Positions 1 to 11,577 of a DNA stretch of 64,000 bases are shown here, piece by piece. The stretch covers positions 454,143 through 518,142 of the forward strand of contig JBOZIK010000001.1 in the NCBI GenBank assembly GCA_051453625.1. The letters are read 5' to 3'. The stretch comes from Welwitschia mirabilis (Eukaryota). How positions within the stretch are numbered: the stretch's first letter is position 1; every line of letters starts with the position of its first letter. The translations under genes were made by a program, and so were the position numbers. The notes beneath the pieces were generated by a model. It was given only the letters and a program-made list of their open reading frames with translations. It had not been told where the DNA came from and searched no databases.

Positions 1-42
1 GAAGGGAAACTTGGTATATCTCCGTCGGAACCCATCTACTTC

Positions 43-1344
43 ATGTGCCTTTTCCTCTTGGAGAAGGGGACTCATGTTCCTTATGTCACTTTTGAAGCTA
101 TGTCTGAGTGGGCTACTCGTGTGACTCGATTTGCTTGGGTAGAGTTTGTTTGTAGTAGGGTAGCCACCATCCTGACACATTGTCAAAAGAATCGAAAGAT
201 CAGGTGTGTAGCTTCTTTCTCTATTCAAGCACTTTGGTTTTGGTCGGCTAGCCAACTAAAAAGTGAAGATGTTCTGGCTCNNNNNNNNNNNNNNNNNNNN
301 NNNNNNNNNNNNNNNNNNNNNNNNNNNNNNNNNNNNNNNNNNNNNNNNNNNNNNNNNNNNNNNNNNNNNNNNNNNNNNNNNNNNNNNNNNNNNNNNNNNN
401 NNNNNNNNNNNNNNNNNNNNNNNNNNNNNNNNNNNNNNNNNNNNNNNAGTCGAAGGGAGCAACTTCTGCAGAGGCTCCACATTCAAGGTAAAGGAGAAGG
501 AGAAGTATCCCATGCTAGATAAGGACTTAGAACTTTTCAAAGATTACCAAGTAACAGCTTTTTCTTACTTAACTTCTTTCTTGAATGTCTTCCTCTATGA
601 ATGCTTACCTCTTTTCTACAAGTGGGGAGGATCTCAACTCCCTTTATGGTAAAAACCTCTACACACCTGTTGGTAGCTCTAGATTGGGTAAGTAGAAAGT
701 CTTCCTCTGTTTTTTATCTATGTGATTACAACTTGGTTTGAGTCCTTTCAGTCAGGTGGCAAAGGAAAAACTATCCTAGTGGAAGACGAGCAACTAGAAA
801 AAAGAGGCATGCCTTCTTAATGTAAGCACTTTTTTCGATTTGTTTGAGTCTTTTTCATACAATCTGTCTTTCTCCATTCACCTCCTTTATTGGTTCTTCT
901 TGCAGGAAGGGGGGAGCTCTCTTTTCCCTATGGAGAGGAAGTTCTCTTTCAAACTCACTAGGTATGCATTTGCCAACCTCTATCACCTGAGAAAGAAGTA
1001 TCAAGAGGAGGAATCAGGAACTAGATGAATACGAGGCAAGAATAGAAGAGATGAGAAGGTGAGCCAAGGAAGTAGAGAGGGTGGCAAGATTCACTAGGCA
1101 GAAAGTTGAGCAGTTGAGAAGGCTGGCTAAAGAATCCTCTTCTCAATCGAAAGGGAGGATTTGGTCCAAAGTGCTAAGATTGAATGAAGAGCTTGACAAG
1201 ACCAAGAAAGCAGCTAAAGGTCTCCATCGGCTAATTGAGAAGCAGGTAGAGAAGAGGAGTATTCTTGCTGAATTGCTACAAGCCAAAGTTCCTCCAACTG
1301 CTCCTGAATTCTGGAGACTAGGTTGCAAGTTCTGGGGATGCTAA
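43..1344 (+). pseudogene. Putative antisense, possibly spliced extra ORF in the 3' region of the Tat element (coiled-coil-like C-terminus)
   Basis: Purine-rich coding-like blocks are separated by short pyrimidine-rich GT..AG segments (~551-621, 688-755, 822-905). ORF 1081-1344 reads as a charged helical peptide. Extra antisense ORFs are known in Tat/Ogre/Retand elements. Confidence 0.35.
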
Positions 1345-1649
1345 TTCCTATGAATTTGACCAAAGCTCTTAAATATCCGCCTTTCCTATGGTCTTTTCTT
1401 TATGATGTTGTATCCCTGAGGGAGAGACCTCATATGGTTCTTCTTCACTTAATATCTTTCAAATGGGAGGAATATCTTATCTTGTATTGTTTACAAGTTT
1501 ACTTTAATGAAAGTTTCTCTTATGTCTCTCTTCCATGCTTTCATACATTCTGCTAACTGTCCTAACTCAAAAATTCTAACCTTCTAACAAAAACTTGTAT
1601 AGCTTCAACCCAGAATACTTTAAAAAGACCAAACAAACGTCATCTTATC

Positions 1650-2960
1650 TACATATATAGACTTGCTCTCATGCTATGGGCTAATCATACCCAGAGATCC
1701 TTTGGGGAGCTCTAACATAATGGCATAGGTGAAAGCCATTATAAGTTTCTTGGAGCTCTTCTTCTTGGAGATTTGCCAACTTATAGTCCTGATCGCCTAC
1801 AAAGGTTGCTATCTGGTATGTCCCTAGCCAAAGAGGGCAAACTTCTATGGTCTTCTAACTTTATTTGCTACTCTGTTCCTTGCCAATACCAAGTCTTCGA
1901 CATTAAATGCTTTTAGGTGGAACTCTTGTAAAACCATCTCTTGACTATTGCTTGATGCTTCCACATAGTATGAAAAGCTTTATCTCTCGTTTTTGTAACC
2001 CTAACAATGGCAGGTTCCCATCTAAGAGAGCTTTCTGAGGAACTCAAATAAGTTTGTATGAAATCATAGGTTTCTAAGCGAAGTTGAATAGCTAAACAAG
2101 GTCTTTGTTTTTATACAAGTTAGTATGGGCTCCATTGAATGCTAGTGTTGTGTCTCAATTTGCCTACCCATGATGCATACTTGATGAGAACATGCTAGCT
2201 TCTAGGTCCTTTTTGGATAGTTGACTCCATACAATACCTTTATAGAAGTCGGACGTGTTCTTCCTTCCCACAAAAGAAGGGGAGGAGGCATCAATCACCA
2301 TCTTCTTAATTTTGGTCAACAAATTCTTATTAGATGATTTAGGCAGGCCATTTCCTTGAGGGTAGTATTTGGTGTAGGTTTTCAATGAAATTCGGTTGTT
2401 ATACCACCATTCTACAAACCAAATATAGGTAAAGGCTTTGCTATTATCACAAACTAGAGCATAAAGTGTTTGAAGTAGGTGATGATATTCTTCTTTCGAA
2501 AGTCTATAATAGTCTTCGTATGTGATTGCTTGGTACCTTCGGCTTCCATCTAGAGGGTGCAGTAATCCATTGCAGCGAAGAAGAAAGAATGGCTGATAGA
2601 AGGAGGAGGATAGATCTTACTAATAAAATCAAGGGCCTACTTTGCAACTGGCTAAGCCTCCAAAATAGGAAGTTGAGGTGGGTTCCAATCTTTGGACAAG
2701 AAAGACTGGTAGATATCATAGGTTTGGGCATGATCAAAAGCATCCTTCACCATAGTTTGCGATTAATATTCACCTTAGGATCTGTGCCACTAGGAGGCAT
2801 GCTAAAGTATGTCCCCCATCACTTCTATCATGAGATTCGTGGACTAACTCTTGAACTTCATCTTTACTAGCACACCTTAGAAATACCTCATTATAGTTTT
2901 GGCGAAATAATACTCCATTTTTGATCAGGAAATGTGTTTGTCTTGTCTTGAACGCCTCGT
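1650..2960 (-). pseudogene. Integrase (decayed) of the Tat element
   Basis: ORF 2164-2385 KTYTKYYPQGNGLPKSSNKNLL matches the gypsy integrase core Y.PQ.NG..E..NK. Confidence 0.8.
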
Positions 2961-3049
2961 TGAGATGAATGTCTTGGTAGAGATGGTTGGGAACAAGAAA
3001 GTCTTTGCTAACTATGCTTCCTTAGATTAAGCTGCCAAGATATTTCAAG

Positions 3050-4300
3050 CTAAACCCATCCCTCTTACTAACTTTGCATTGGCAAGCTGAATATCATAGT
3101 CTTGCGATTTCAGTATCCATTTAGCTCTTCTCAAATTGGGATCCCTCTCTTATAAAAGTGATTTCACTACATTTTTAGTGACTACCTGACACCTTTGTTC
3201 GTAGAATATAGTGTTGAAACTTCTTCAGTGCCTTGATCAAGGCAAAAGCTTGTTTCTCCAAATAATGATAAGATAGTTTCACATCTTTGAACCTTTCATG
3301 CGTGAGTGAAACTGGGCATTCACCATGCCCACCGTCCAAGTCTTTTGTCTTTTGGGTGAGGACTACTACTACGATTGTGTTGGGTGAACATGCATAGATG
3401 AAAAATTCTTTTGAGAAAGCAAGGCTCACCAAGCGTGGAGAGGCAGCTACTGCTTTCCTGACCAACTCAACCGCATTTTTTCCTTTTGGTGACCATACAA
3501 AGGAGTGAACAAAACATTCTTCTTCAAGAGGGGCCCAATGGAAGCTATGATCTCCACAAAGGCTGGGATAAATCTCCTCACAGTTGATCTTTCCTAGGAA
3601 CCAGTGAAGTTCTTTAAGGGATTCAGGCAAGGGAATCTTCTGGATAACTTGAACTTGCTTTGGGCCTACTCCTATTCCTTGGTTTGACACAAGAAAACCC
3701 AACAACTTACTAGAGGAGGCCACAATAACACTCTTCTTTGGGATGAGGGAAACTCCATATTTCCTAAAGCGAAGGAACATCTTCCACAATTCTAGAACAT
3801 GGTCAGCTCACTTTTGGGAGAAGACTGTAATGTCATCCAAGTAGACGACAAAACAATTGCCAATTATTCTTGTCTGTGTGTGCTCTATTGCTTTTAGAAA
3901 CATAGCTTTGGTGTTAGTTAAACCAATGGCGTTCACTTGTATGTATATGTACCTTAGTTGTGAAAGCTGTCTTGATTCTATCAGAGGTGGGCACCTGAAT
4001 CTGGTTGTAACTAGAGAAACCAAATAAGAAGAACATCTTTGCTCTAGCTACCTTCTCCAGAATCTTGTCGATAGTTGGAGTAGGGTAGTTGTCCTTGACA
4101 GAAGCTTTGTTTAGATTTTGTAAGTCTACACAAAGAGAAATATCTCCATTCTTCTTCTTGTCTCGGACCAAGTTAGCCACCCAGATGGTGTGCCTTACTA
4201 GATAAATAATTCTTTATTCTAATAGCTTGTCTACTTCTTTCTTGATTAGTAGCTCCAACACTAGATTGACTTTCCTTTGCCTCCAGTGAAAAGGCTTTGT
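3050..4300 (-). pseudogene. Reverse transcriptase + RNase H (decayed) of the Tat element
   Basis: ORFs 3914-4180 (KKKNGDISLCVDLQNLNKASVKDNYPTPTID), 3808-4023 (VVYLDDITVFS) and 3175-3789 (LLGFLVS..YHYLEKQAFALIKALKKFQHYI). Confidence 0.9.
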
Positions 4301-4779
4301 GGTTTTTTTAAGGGCAATAGTGTGAGTAAGGATTTCTAGATTAAAGTGCTTTAGATCCTTGTATGACCAAGTGAAAACATCCCTAAATTCTTGATAGAGG
4401 GAAATGATAGCCTGCTTCTGTGAGAGGGAACAAACACTTCCTATCTTGATAAGCTTAGGTTGATAGGGAGATCCCAAGTTGACTTCTAGTATTTCTTCAT
4501 CTGTGCACTTCCTAGGGAATGACAACTCCAATTCTATGTCAAGGAACTTCTTTAGCTGCATGAAACCAATAGGGGTTCCTTACTACAACACTGTAGTACT
4601 CCATCTTCAATGAAATTTCCATCATTTTCTAAATCCTCGTCCTCATCTACCATCTATTTCTCAAACTTATCTTGACTTTGCCAAATCCTGGAATTTGGTC
4701 ATCTTCTTCAAAAACTTGAAACTCCTTAACGTTGTCTAGGACTAATTTTTTTGAAAGGAGGGTGATATGGAGACCCCTA

Positions 4780-5190
4780 ACTGATAGGTCATCTACTCTG
4801 GCTCTCATAGTGGCTAAGGCTGCGCTTTGTCTGCTAATAAATTTTTCCATCTAGGAATCCGGGAGAGAGACCATTCTTCGAAGTGTCTTAGGAGATCTGC
4901 GACTCTCTCTTTAAAGGCCTTCAATAATGGGTTATGAGTCTGGTAATCCTCCCTGACTTGGTTGATTATTACCTTTGAATCTCTAAAAATATTAACTTCC
5001 CTTACCCTCTTTGAAAGAGTCATCTTCAAAGCCTAGACAAAGGCCTTGTACTCCATAGCATTATTAGAAGTAGGAAAATCTAGTTTGAAAGCTTTCTCGA
5101 TATAATGTCCATTTGGCAACTGCACCACTATAATTGCTTCTCTTCCTTGCATATTAGAAGCTCCATCAAAAAACAAAGTTCAAACCTCTT
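4780..5190 (-). pseudogene. Additional archaeal/plant-type RNase H (aRH) domain upstream of RT
   Basis: Manual translation V*TLFFDGASNMQG...LDFPTSNNAMEYKAFV*AL followed by ORF 4814-5029 IFRDSKVIINQV...RIPRWKNLLADK gives the full RNase HI motif set. Confidence 0.85.
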
Positions 5191-5329
5191 TTGATGATGT
5201 AAGAGCTAGGGATTCCTCTTCTTGTTTGTGGTGTTCAGTTGCTTCCTTGATGTCGTAAAAATAGGTGCCAAGACATGAATCTCAGATGTGCTTTTTGGAA
5301 TTTGTATTTTTTTCATCCGCATGCAGTGG

Positions 5330-5690
5330 CATTGTATTTCAAGTAGGGCTTCCTCTCAATACGAATTTAGTTAGGAACACCCTTTCAAGGAAGCCACATG
5401 TGAGAATAGTTTGAGAAGATATAAGCATTAAGGGAAGCAACCTAGCTTCTACTCAACAAAGCTCCACATATGACATGAATCTGTATTACATAGAAATCTG
5501 TAACACTCATAACCCTAGGATTAGAAGCCAATTGAACTTTGACATCTTTTAGAAGACGTTGAACCTTCACATTCGTTTGATCTAATTTGAACACTCACTA
5601 CATTCTTCTGGGGTAAGATCTAACTGTTTCACCACTTCAGAAGGAAGGATGTTGGTAGAAGCTCCTGAATTAATGAGGTATTTGTGAGGA
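5330..5690 (-). pseudogene. Aspartic protease (decayed) of the Tat element
   Basis: HKYLINSGASTNILPSEVVKQL, a degenerate DSGA active-site motif. Confidence 0.75.
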
Positions 5691-6547
5691 AAAGGTGGGG
5701 CAATGGGGGGCGGTGGGGGGGTGGAAAGGGGGTGGTAGAAGGGGAATTTTCTGACTGCTGGTTGTTAGTAGACATGGGGGCCTGAGACAACTTCTTCTTC
5801 TGATTCTTGCTTCTCTAAAGAACTTTAAAAGTTGAAAGATTGGCTTTATATTTCTTTAGGTCTTCTATGATGTCATAGGAAGAAGCAGCTTTGTTCTTTT
5901 CTTATTTTGTTACCTTGGAAGCACTTTTGGTTGGCAATGATGCCTAATATTTATCATCTTTGGGAAGAAGGGGAGGATTGTTGGAGGCATTCTGGTTAGG
6001 ATGCATGGGATTCCTACTAGGAGGAATAAAGGTTGTTGCAGACTCCTTTGGATCTCTTCTCCTTCTCTTCACTTGGATTAGGCTCAAGTGTAATAGCATC
6101 TCTATTCACAACTCCAGCCTTTCGGGTGTCAATTGAAGTCTAGAGAGCTGACATGTATGTAGCAGGATGGACATGCTTGTTCTTACTCTTGTGAGTTACC
6201 ACGCTATTGTTATTTTCTCCTAAAAAATATGTAATAACAAAGTAATATGTTCCATCTAGATGAGAGGAGGGTCCTAGAGAGTTACATAAAGCTTTCGTAA
6301 TCTCCTGCATATGAAGATGATCTTGCCAGTTCTCCCTAGCATGATTCATGGCCTGATGGAAGGGAAAGACATCATTAAGTGATAATGCGATGGCATCCTT
6401 TCTACTAGACTATACACATGGCTATTTTGTATCCTGAGTGGAATTTAGGAACAACTTCCTTGCAAGTCTCTCCTTCTTTCTATCTTGCTATGAAATCCTA
6501 AGTTGCTTCATGTCTTAACTTCCTTAACATACGTCTAAGAGCTTCAA

Positions 6548-7330
6548 TCACACTTCAACTTCAAAACAAGAGGAAATGTTTTTCTTAGAGGAAAGGTGTA
6601 CATTGGTAGTAGAAATAGGATTGAGCGCTGGGTGTGGTGAAGAAGAAGCTTGAGAAGGGGTTTGAGGATTAGAAAGAGGCATGAAAGGTACTAGAAATGG
6701 TGGTGTGGCAGATGTAGCAGGGGTTGGTTGTTGGGGAAGTTGTGAAGAGCAAGGATCAATGAGGTTAAAAGTAGTAGAAATGGGAAACAAAGTGATATTA
6801 AAAGGTGGAGGAATGAGAAGGTTCAGATGGGAAGGGTTGGGATGACCATACGGAGTAACAAGCATAAGCCACTCCAAGTGGCTGCTCTCATTTATAAGGT
6901 CTTGAAGGTTGTTTATATTAGGTCTTTGCTCCAAAAAGAAATAGGTCATTCCATCCATAACTTGAAAGGCAGATGGTTTATATGGAATGAGAAGACGATT
7001 GTAGATAATCGAGAAACGGATGTTGAATGCTCTAACAGTCTTCGTGTCCTCCTTAATGATAGTGAAATAATGGTACAACATCTCCAAATTTGTTTGGCCA
7101 CCAAATTGTTGAAGAAACACTTAAGTGAGCATAGTCCAAAGACAAACGGAATTAGGTGGAAGTTGTAGGTACTAAGAAAGTGACATGCAACATCCTCTTG
7201 ATTGACACTAAGAAAGTGAAGTCCTCTAGTGAAGGTAATGATAATGGTCTTCAGGGGCTAAGGAAGAGTGGGGGCTCTAGGCTTGGAGGAACTTGACATG
7301 TTCAACAGATAGGGCATTATATATTAGGAA
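6548..7330 (-). pseudogene. gag (decayed) of the Tat element
   Basis: ORF 6548-7120 FLQQFGG...IKEDTKTVRAFNIRFSIIYNRL resembles the retrotransposon gag domain; it lies between PBS and PR. Confidence 0.65.
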
Positions 7331-7602
7331 GTCCAGAAGGATGTTACTGATGTATGGGGGTGGATTGGCCCGGGGTATAGGTTGAATTATAGGAGGAGTG
7401 GAGGAAGAGAACTATGAGGGATTTGTGGCTGGGGATGGTAGGGGGACAAGGAATGAAGCCTCTGAGGAAGAATTTTCGGATAAGGATGAACTTTGCGAGG
7501 AAGGAAAGGATTGAAGGGATTCTCCAATCAATTTTTTCTTTTGTTGTTGTTGGGTCCTAGAACATATGTTGCAACAATAAGGTAGTGCAGTTATTCAAAC
7601 AA

Positions 7603-7619
7603 CCCTCCTTCTAGTGCTA
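7603..7619 (-). promoter_or_regulatory. Primer-binding site of the Tat element (decayed TGGCGCTAGAAGGAGGG; tRNA-Asn type, from memory)
   Basis: Plus strand ccctccttctagtgcta differs from ccctccttctagcgcca by two C>T changes; lies directly upstream of gag. Confidence 0.7.
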
Positions 7620-7626
7620 TAGAAGA

Positions 7627-8684
7627 TGTGTTGATGTATATTCCTTTCCCTAGCCATGGAAAGGACAACAATGTCTACTTTCTAGGGTGAGGTAGCGTAG
7701 ACTTGTTTTAAAGGGCTATTGGAAATTAGGTACCCAAATAAGAACCCTAAATGTACAAAGTAACCGAGGAATGAGGTAGGGTATGGGTTGAGCTTAGTGG
7801 GTACACCTCATAGTAACAAGAGGTTGAAAGGACAATAACAGGTTAAGGGATGAGGGAAAGGAGGACTTCCAAAGAAAGTAGGTATCCTTCATACTGTTCT
7901 AGGGTGTTCGTAATGGGAAGGAATGCAACAGGTCTTAAGGTGAGGGAATAAAGGTTTCAGTAAGGATCTGCTCCCAAGGTTGTAGTAAGGACAAGCGAAG
8001 TTCTCCAGAAAGGGTAAAGAAGGGTATACTAGACCGGTGCTCTTCTTATAGTAAGAATAAAGGAGATCTCTCTTTCTCATAGGAAGTTGCCTTCAACAAG
8101 GGCCTCTGTGCACTCTCTCTGATTTGCCTACAAATTTATAAGCAATGAAGTAATGAAAAGAACAATACTCTTTTATGATGGAACTTTTGACTGTAAAAAC
8201 ATTGCTCTCCTAATTAAGGAGAAGGAGAGGGTATATTTGGGTCTTCCCAACTAGAGAGGAGACTATTGGAACATGTGGACAAATAACTAAACATTTAGAT
8301 ATTGATAAGGAGGAGGAACATCTGTAGATGTAAAAAAGTGTGTAGGCAAACTTGCTCAAAGAAAGAAAGGGTCTTCCGTCTTCTCCTTAAGTCTTCTTCA
8401 TAATGGAAATGGTACCATCAGCTAACCTAAGGCATTAAGAGAGATCTCTACATGCAGATAAGATTGTTATATAGGCATGGAAAGGGGAGCCTCCAGTTTA
8501 ACTCATAATCATTCCAATAGTCAAGGTTGACTAGGAGTCGAGAGATTACAAAGAGAGGGTCCCCCACATGTAGAGACCAGGAAGAGGGAGATAAAGGAAA
8601 AGACTACCTTTATTGACTGAGAGCAGAGAAGAGGGAGTGATGTGGAAGAAAGGGAAGGGGATGTGATCATGGGCTTGGATAACA
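7627..8684 (-). repeat. Probable 5' LTR of the Tat element
   Basis: Starts with tg next to the PBS; the distal end is a guess at 'ataaca'; no second copy in the window. Confidence 0.4.
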
Positions 8685-8759
8685 TCTCCTTTTTGACTCT
8701 AAATTAGTTGTGATCTAACAATGTTGTAGCTTTTTGAAGAGTGAAAGAAGTAGTAATGG

Positions 8760-11000
8760 CATGTATGTCAAGTCCCTAGTAGTGCCAAAGAGGATCACTC
8801 CACGAGAACAATAGTCACCTCCCTACTCATTAGGCTCGTACTTGCCTTGTCGTGTAACGTCATGAGTAGGCTCGCTTGATCCTAGTGTGTTCTAAGGATT
8901 TGATGCAATTTTAAAATCCTTCCGGACAGGAGGTAATTGAACAACCATCATGCCCTCTAAAAAGGAAGTTGGACAAGAGGAGCTGAAGCATTTTGGAATG
9001 AACTAGAGAACTGAATATCATGGAGAAAATAGCTGAAGGAGGATTCTAATGGAAATGGGAACTAAAAGCTGTAGGCCTGAGGCAGCCTAAGACTGAGAAG
9101 GGAGAGCCCACGATCATCACACGAAAAAGTTGGATTCCATGCCTAGGGCGTGGATGTGCTTTGGGTTCTATGCTTTAGGCGTGGAATGGAGTGATTACTT
9201 GAGTGGGTGGGAGAGGAGTGGTGAGAGAAAAGGGAGAGAAAAAAAGGAGAGAGAAGAAAACAGGAAAGAAGGGATGGGGAAATGACAGGGAGTTGAGGGA
9301 GAGGAACTTTGGGTTCGAGGTTGAAGGAGATGTCTTTGTTTGAGATGAACCCCAAAGCCAATTTGATGGTTACAGAAGAAGGTTATAGGAGGCCTAGACC
9401 TTTTGTCAATCATGAAGGGAGATTTGCATCCAAATTTTATTCTTGTGAGCTGCTACAGGTTTTTGTCCTACAAAAAGAAAGGGAAGAGGAAATGGAAGGA
9501 GGGGGGGGGGGGGGGGGGNNNNNNNNNNNNNNNNNNNNNNNNNNNNNNNNNNNNNNNNNNNNNNNNNNNNNNNNNNNNNNNNNNNNNNNNNNNNNNNNNN
9601 NNNNNNNNNNNNNNNNNNCCCCCCCCCCCCCCCCCCCCCCCCCCGCGCGAAGGCTAGAGATGGGTTCCAGGCCCAAGGCATGGAAGTGAGTGAGAGTCCA
9701 CACCTAGTGTGTGAGATTCCATGCCCAATTAATGACTAGTGGGAGAAAAGGGGATGGAGGAAAGAGGAAGAGAGAGTGAAGGGAGAGAATGGGGGAAAAA
9801 GGTTGAAGGGCAGGCGAGTGTGGTTAGGTAGGGTAACTTGTTTGAAGTGAAATATTCAGAATAGAGGATGATGTCTAGAAGAGTCTCCCTTCTTGATGCA
9901 TTGGAGTCAAAAGGTTGGAGATTAACTGAACGCATGGCCCTGAGTAGAAGAAATTGGGTCCTTTGGAGTTGAGCTAAAGCCAAGGCCCAACATCCAAGCA
10001 AGGAAGAGGGTCTGGAGGTCCCGTCAAGGCCCAAGGTGTGGAAGTGTGCCTGTATTCCGTGCCCAAGCCATGGAACAGCTTGGATTCCCTACCCAAGGTG
10101 TGGAATGGGTGGATGGAAGAAGGTAAAGGAAAGGAAGGAGGAGGAGGGAATGATGAAGAGGAGATAGGGAGAAGAGACATGGAAGCAGAAAAATAGAGAA
10201 TGGATGGAAAGGATAGAGCTTAGGTAAAAGATAAAGCTAGATGGGAGAAAAAGGGGTCCCCTAGTTCCTGGGGTTGGATGTGGGTGCAACAATATCATTG
10301 GCATGATAACAATGATCTGCATTAGTAGATGCCCTTAGCTTGCTTGTATCTTAGTGTATAGTAGTGAACTTTCTTTAGTTTTCTTTTGGTTCATAGTCAT
10401 TTTCACTTTTGTTTTTTTCTCTACTTTATTTTCTTTCACTTTGTTTTGATTTAGATCGTATAATCTCAGAAAAAAGGGGCAATTTGATCTAAGTGTAGGT
10501 TGATCCACCATCACGGCTTACTAAATAAGAACCACTATAATTGGACAAGGAATAAGCCCATTAAGGTTGCAAGAGCGATAACTTTATCTCAGTATTGCTT
10601 GGAAGAAGTGTGGAGCATGACCATTTGTAGTAGAGTTAGTAATGGTGTAGCCATTGAACTACTACATCGGATGCATAGGTTTTGAGTGTTTTATCTTCCA
10701 GTTAGTTGGGATCTAGCTGTTATCTGCCCTTAGCATGTCATCCCCACAAGGCCATGATTTGAGCTAAAATCCAAAGTAAAATTAATTCCTAGGGACAACT
10801 TGACTTTTTTGGTCCTTAAATTATAGTTGCACCCTAAAGGCTTGACATAGCTGAGTACATTAACCATTTTAATAACAAATTGATAAATCACGGGCTCTAC
10901 ATCATGACCCCTTGCTTGAAGAAACCACGTGCTTAGCGACCACATTCAAAAGAAATTCCAAGAAGGAAGCTAGTCGATTACTCTTGTGATGGGTACCTCA
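8760..11000. mobile_element. LTR-like relic (gypsy/Athila-like) containing repeated TTCCAYGCC-N3-GGYRTGGAA palindromes
   Basis: Non-coding and purine-skewed; motif copies at ~9135, 9665, 10030, 10055 and 10085; LTR-like composition. Confidence 0.35.
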
Positions 11001-11538
11001 TATCATTTTGAGATCTAAATATGGAACAACTACCTCATTATAGGGGAGCAGAATATTTTCGTGTACAAGATCATCCAAGACTTTCCTTACCAATAAAAAC
11101 GTTATACATGGGTTTATTAATCCTGGGGCCAAATGGATGGCATATTGAGGAACCGTCTGTGTTTTTGTTCTTAAGTAGCATCGAGTTCATCAAAAGCCCC
11201 AATAATGATTCTTTCCTATGCCCATACTCCTTGCTGGCTCGTCACTACTCTGCTCTGGTATGTGTATCTTGCATCTCATCGGGCCACTCATTCACTTTTT
11301 AAACTTTTTAACCACTCCTCAAAGATTCAGGTTCATCATAACTAGTATACAAGATGTACTCCAAAGGAGTTACATGCTAGGAGGTCTAGATGACCTTGTA
11401 GACCTTCTAACTAATGGACTGCTGTTTTAGGTTTGTTAAGACACTTCTCATTAGCTTTGAGACCTTGAGTTTGGATGCACCTTCTCATCATCACCATGAA
11501 TGCCAAAATCTAATTCAAAACTACTATTATGTAAGGTC

Positions 11539-11542
<4 letters not shown>

Positions 11543-11572
<30 letters not shown>
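11543..11572 (+). repeat. (CT)15 microsatellite
   Basis: Direct reading. Confidence 0.95.

Positions 11573-11577
<5 letters not shown>

Larger units (their letters stand above)
1..8684 (-). mobile_element. Degenerate Ty3/gypsy LTR retrotransposon, Tat lineage (gag-PR-aRH-RT-RH-INT); 3' LTR lies outside the window
   Basis: Minus-strand motifs appear in order: gag (~6550-7300), PR LINSGASTNILP (~5650), aRH LFFDGAS..SNNAMEYKA (~5050-5190), RT LCVDLQNLNKA/YLDD (~3830-4140), RH YLEKQAFAL (~3250), INT YYPQGNG (~2360). PBS at 7603-7619. Many stops and frameshifts. Confidence 0.9.

Noticed and set aside
2526..7168. Plus-strand ORFs 2526-2870 and 6827-7168
   Set aside because: Antisense shadows of integrase and gag
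9500..9645. Poly-G / N100 / poly-C giving poly-Gly/Pro ORFs and an apparent hairpin
   Set aside because: Homopolymers at contig ends around a gap; likely a sequencing or assembly artefact
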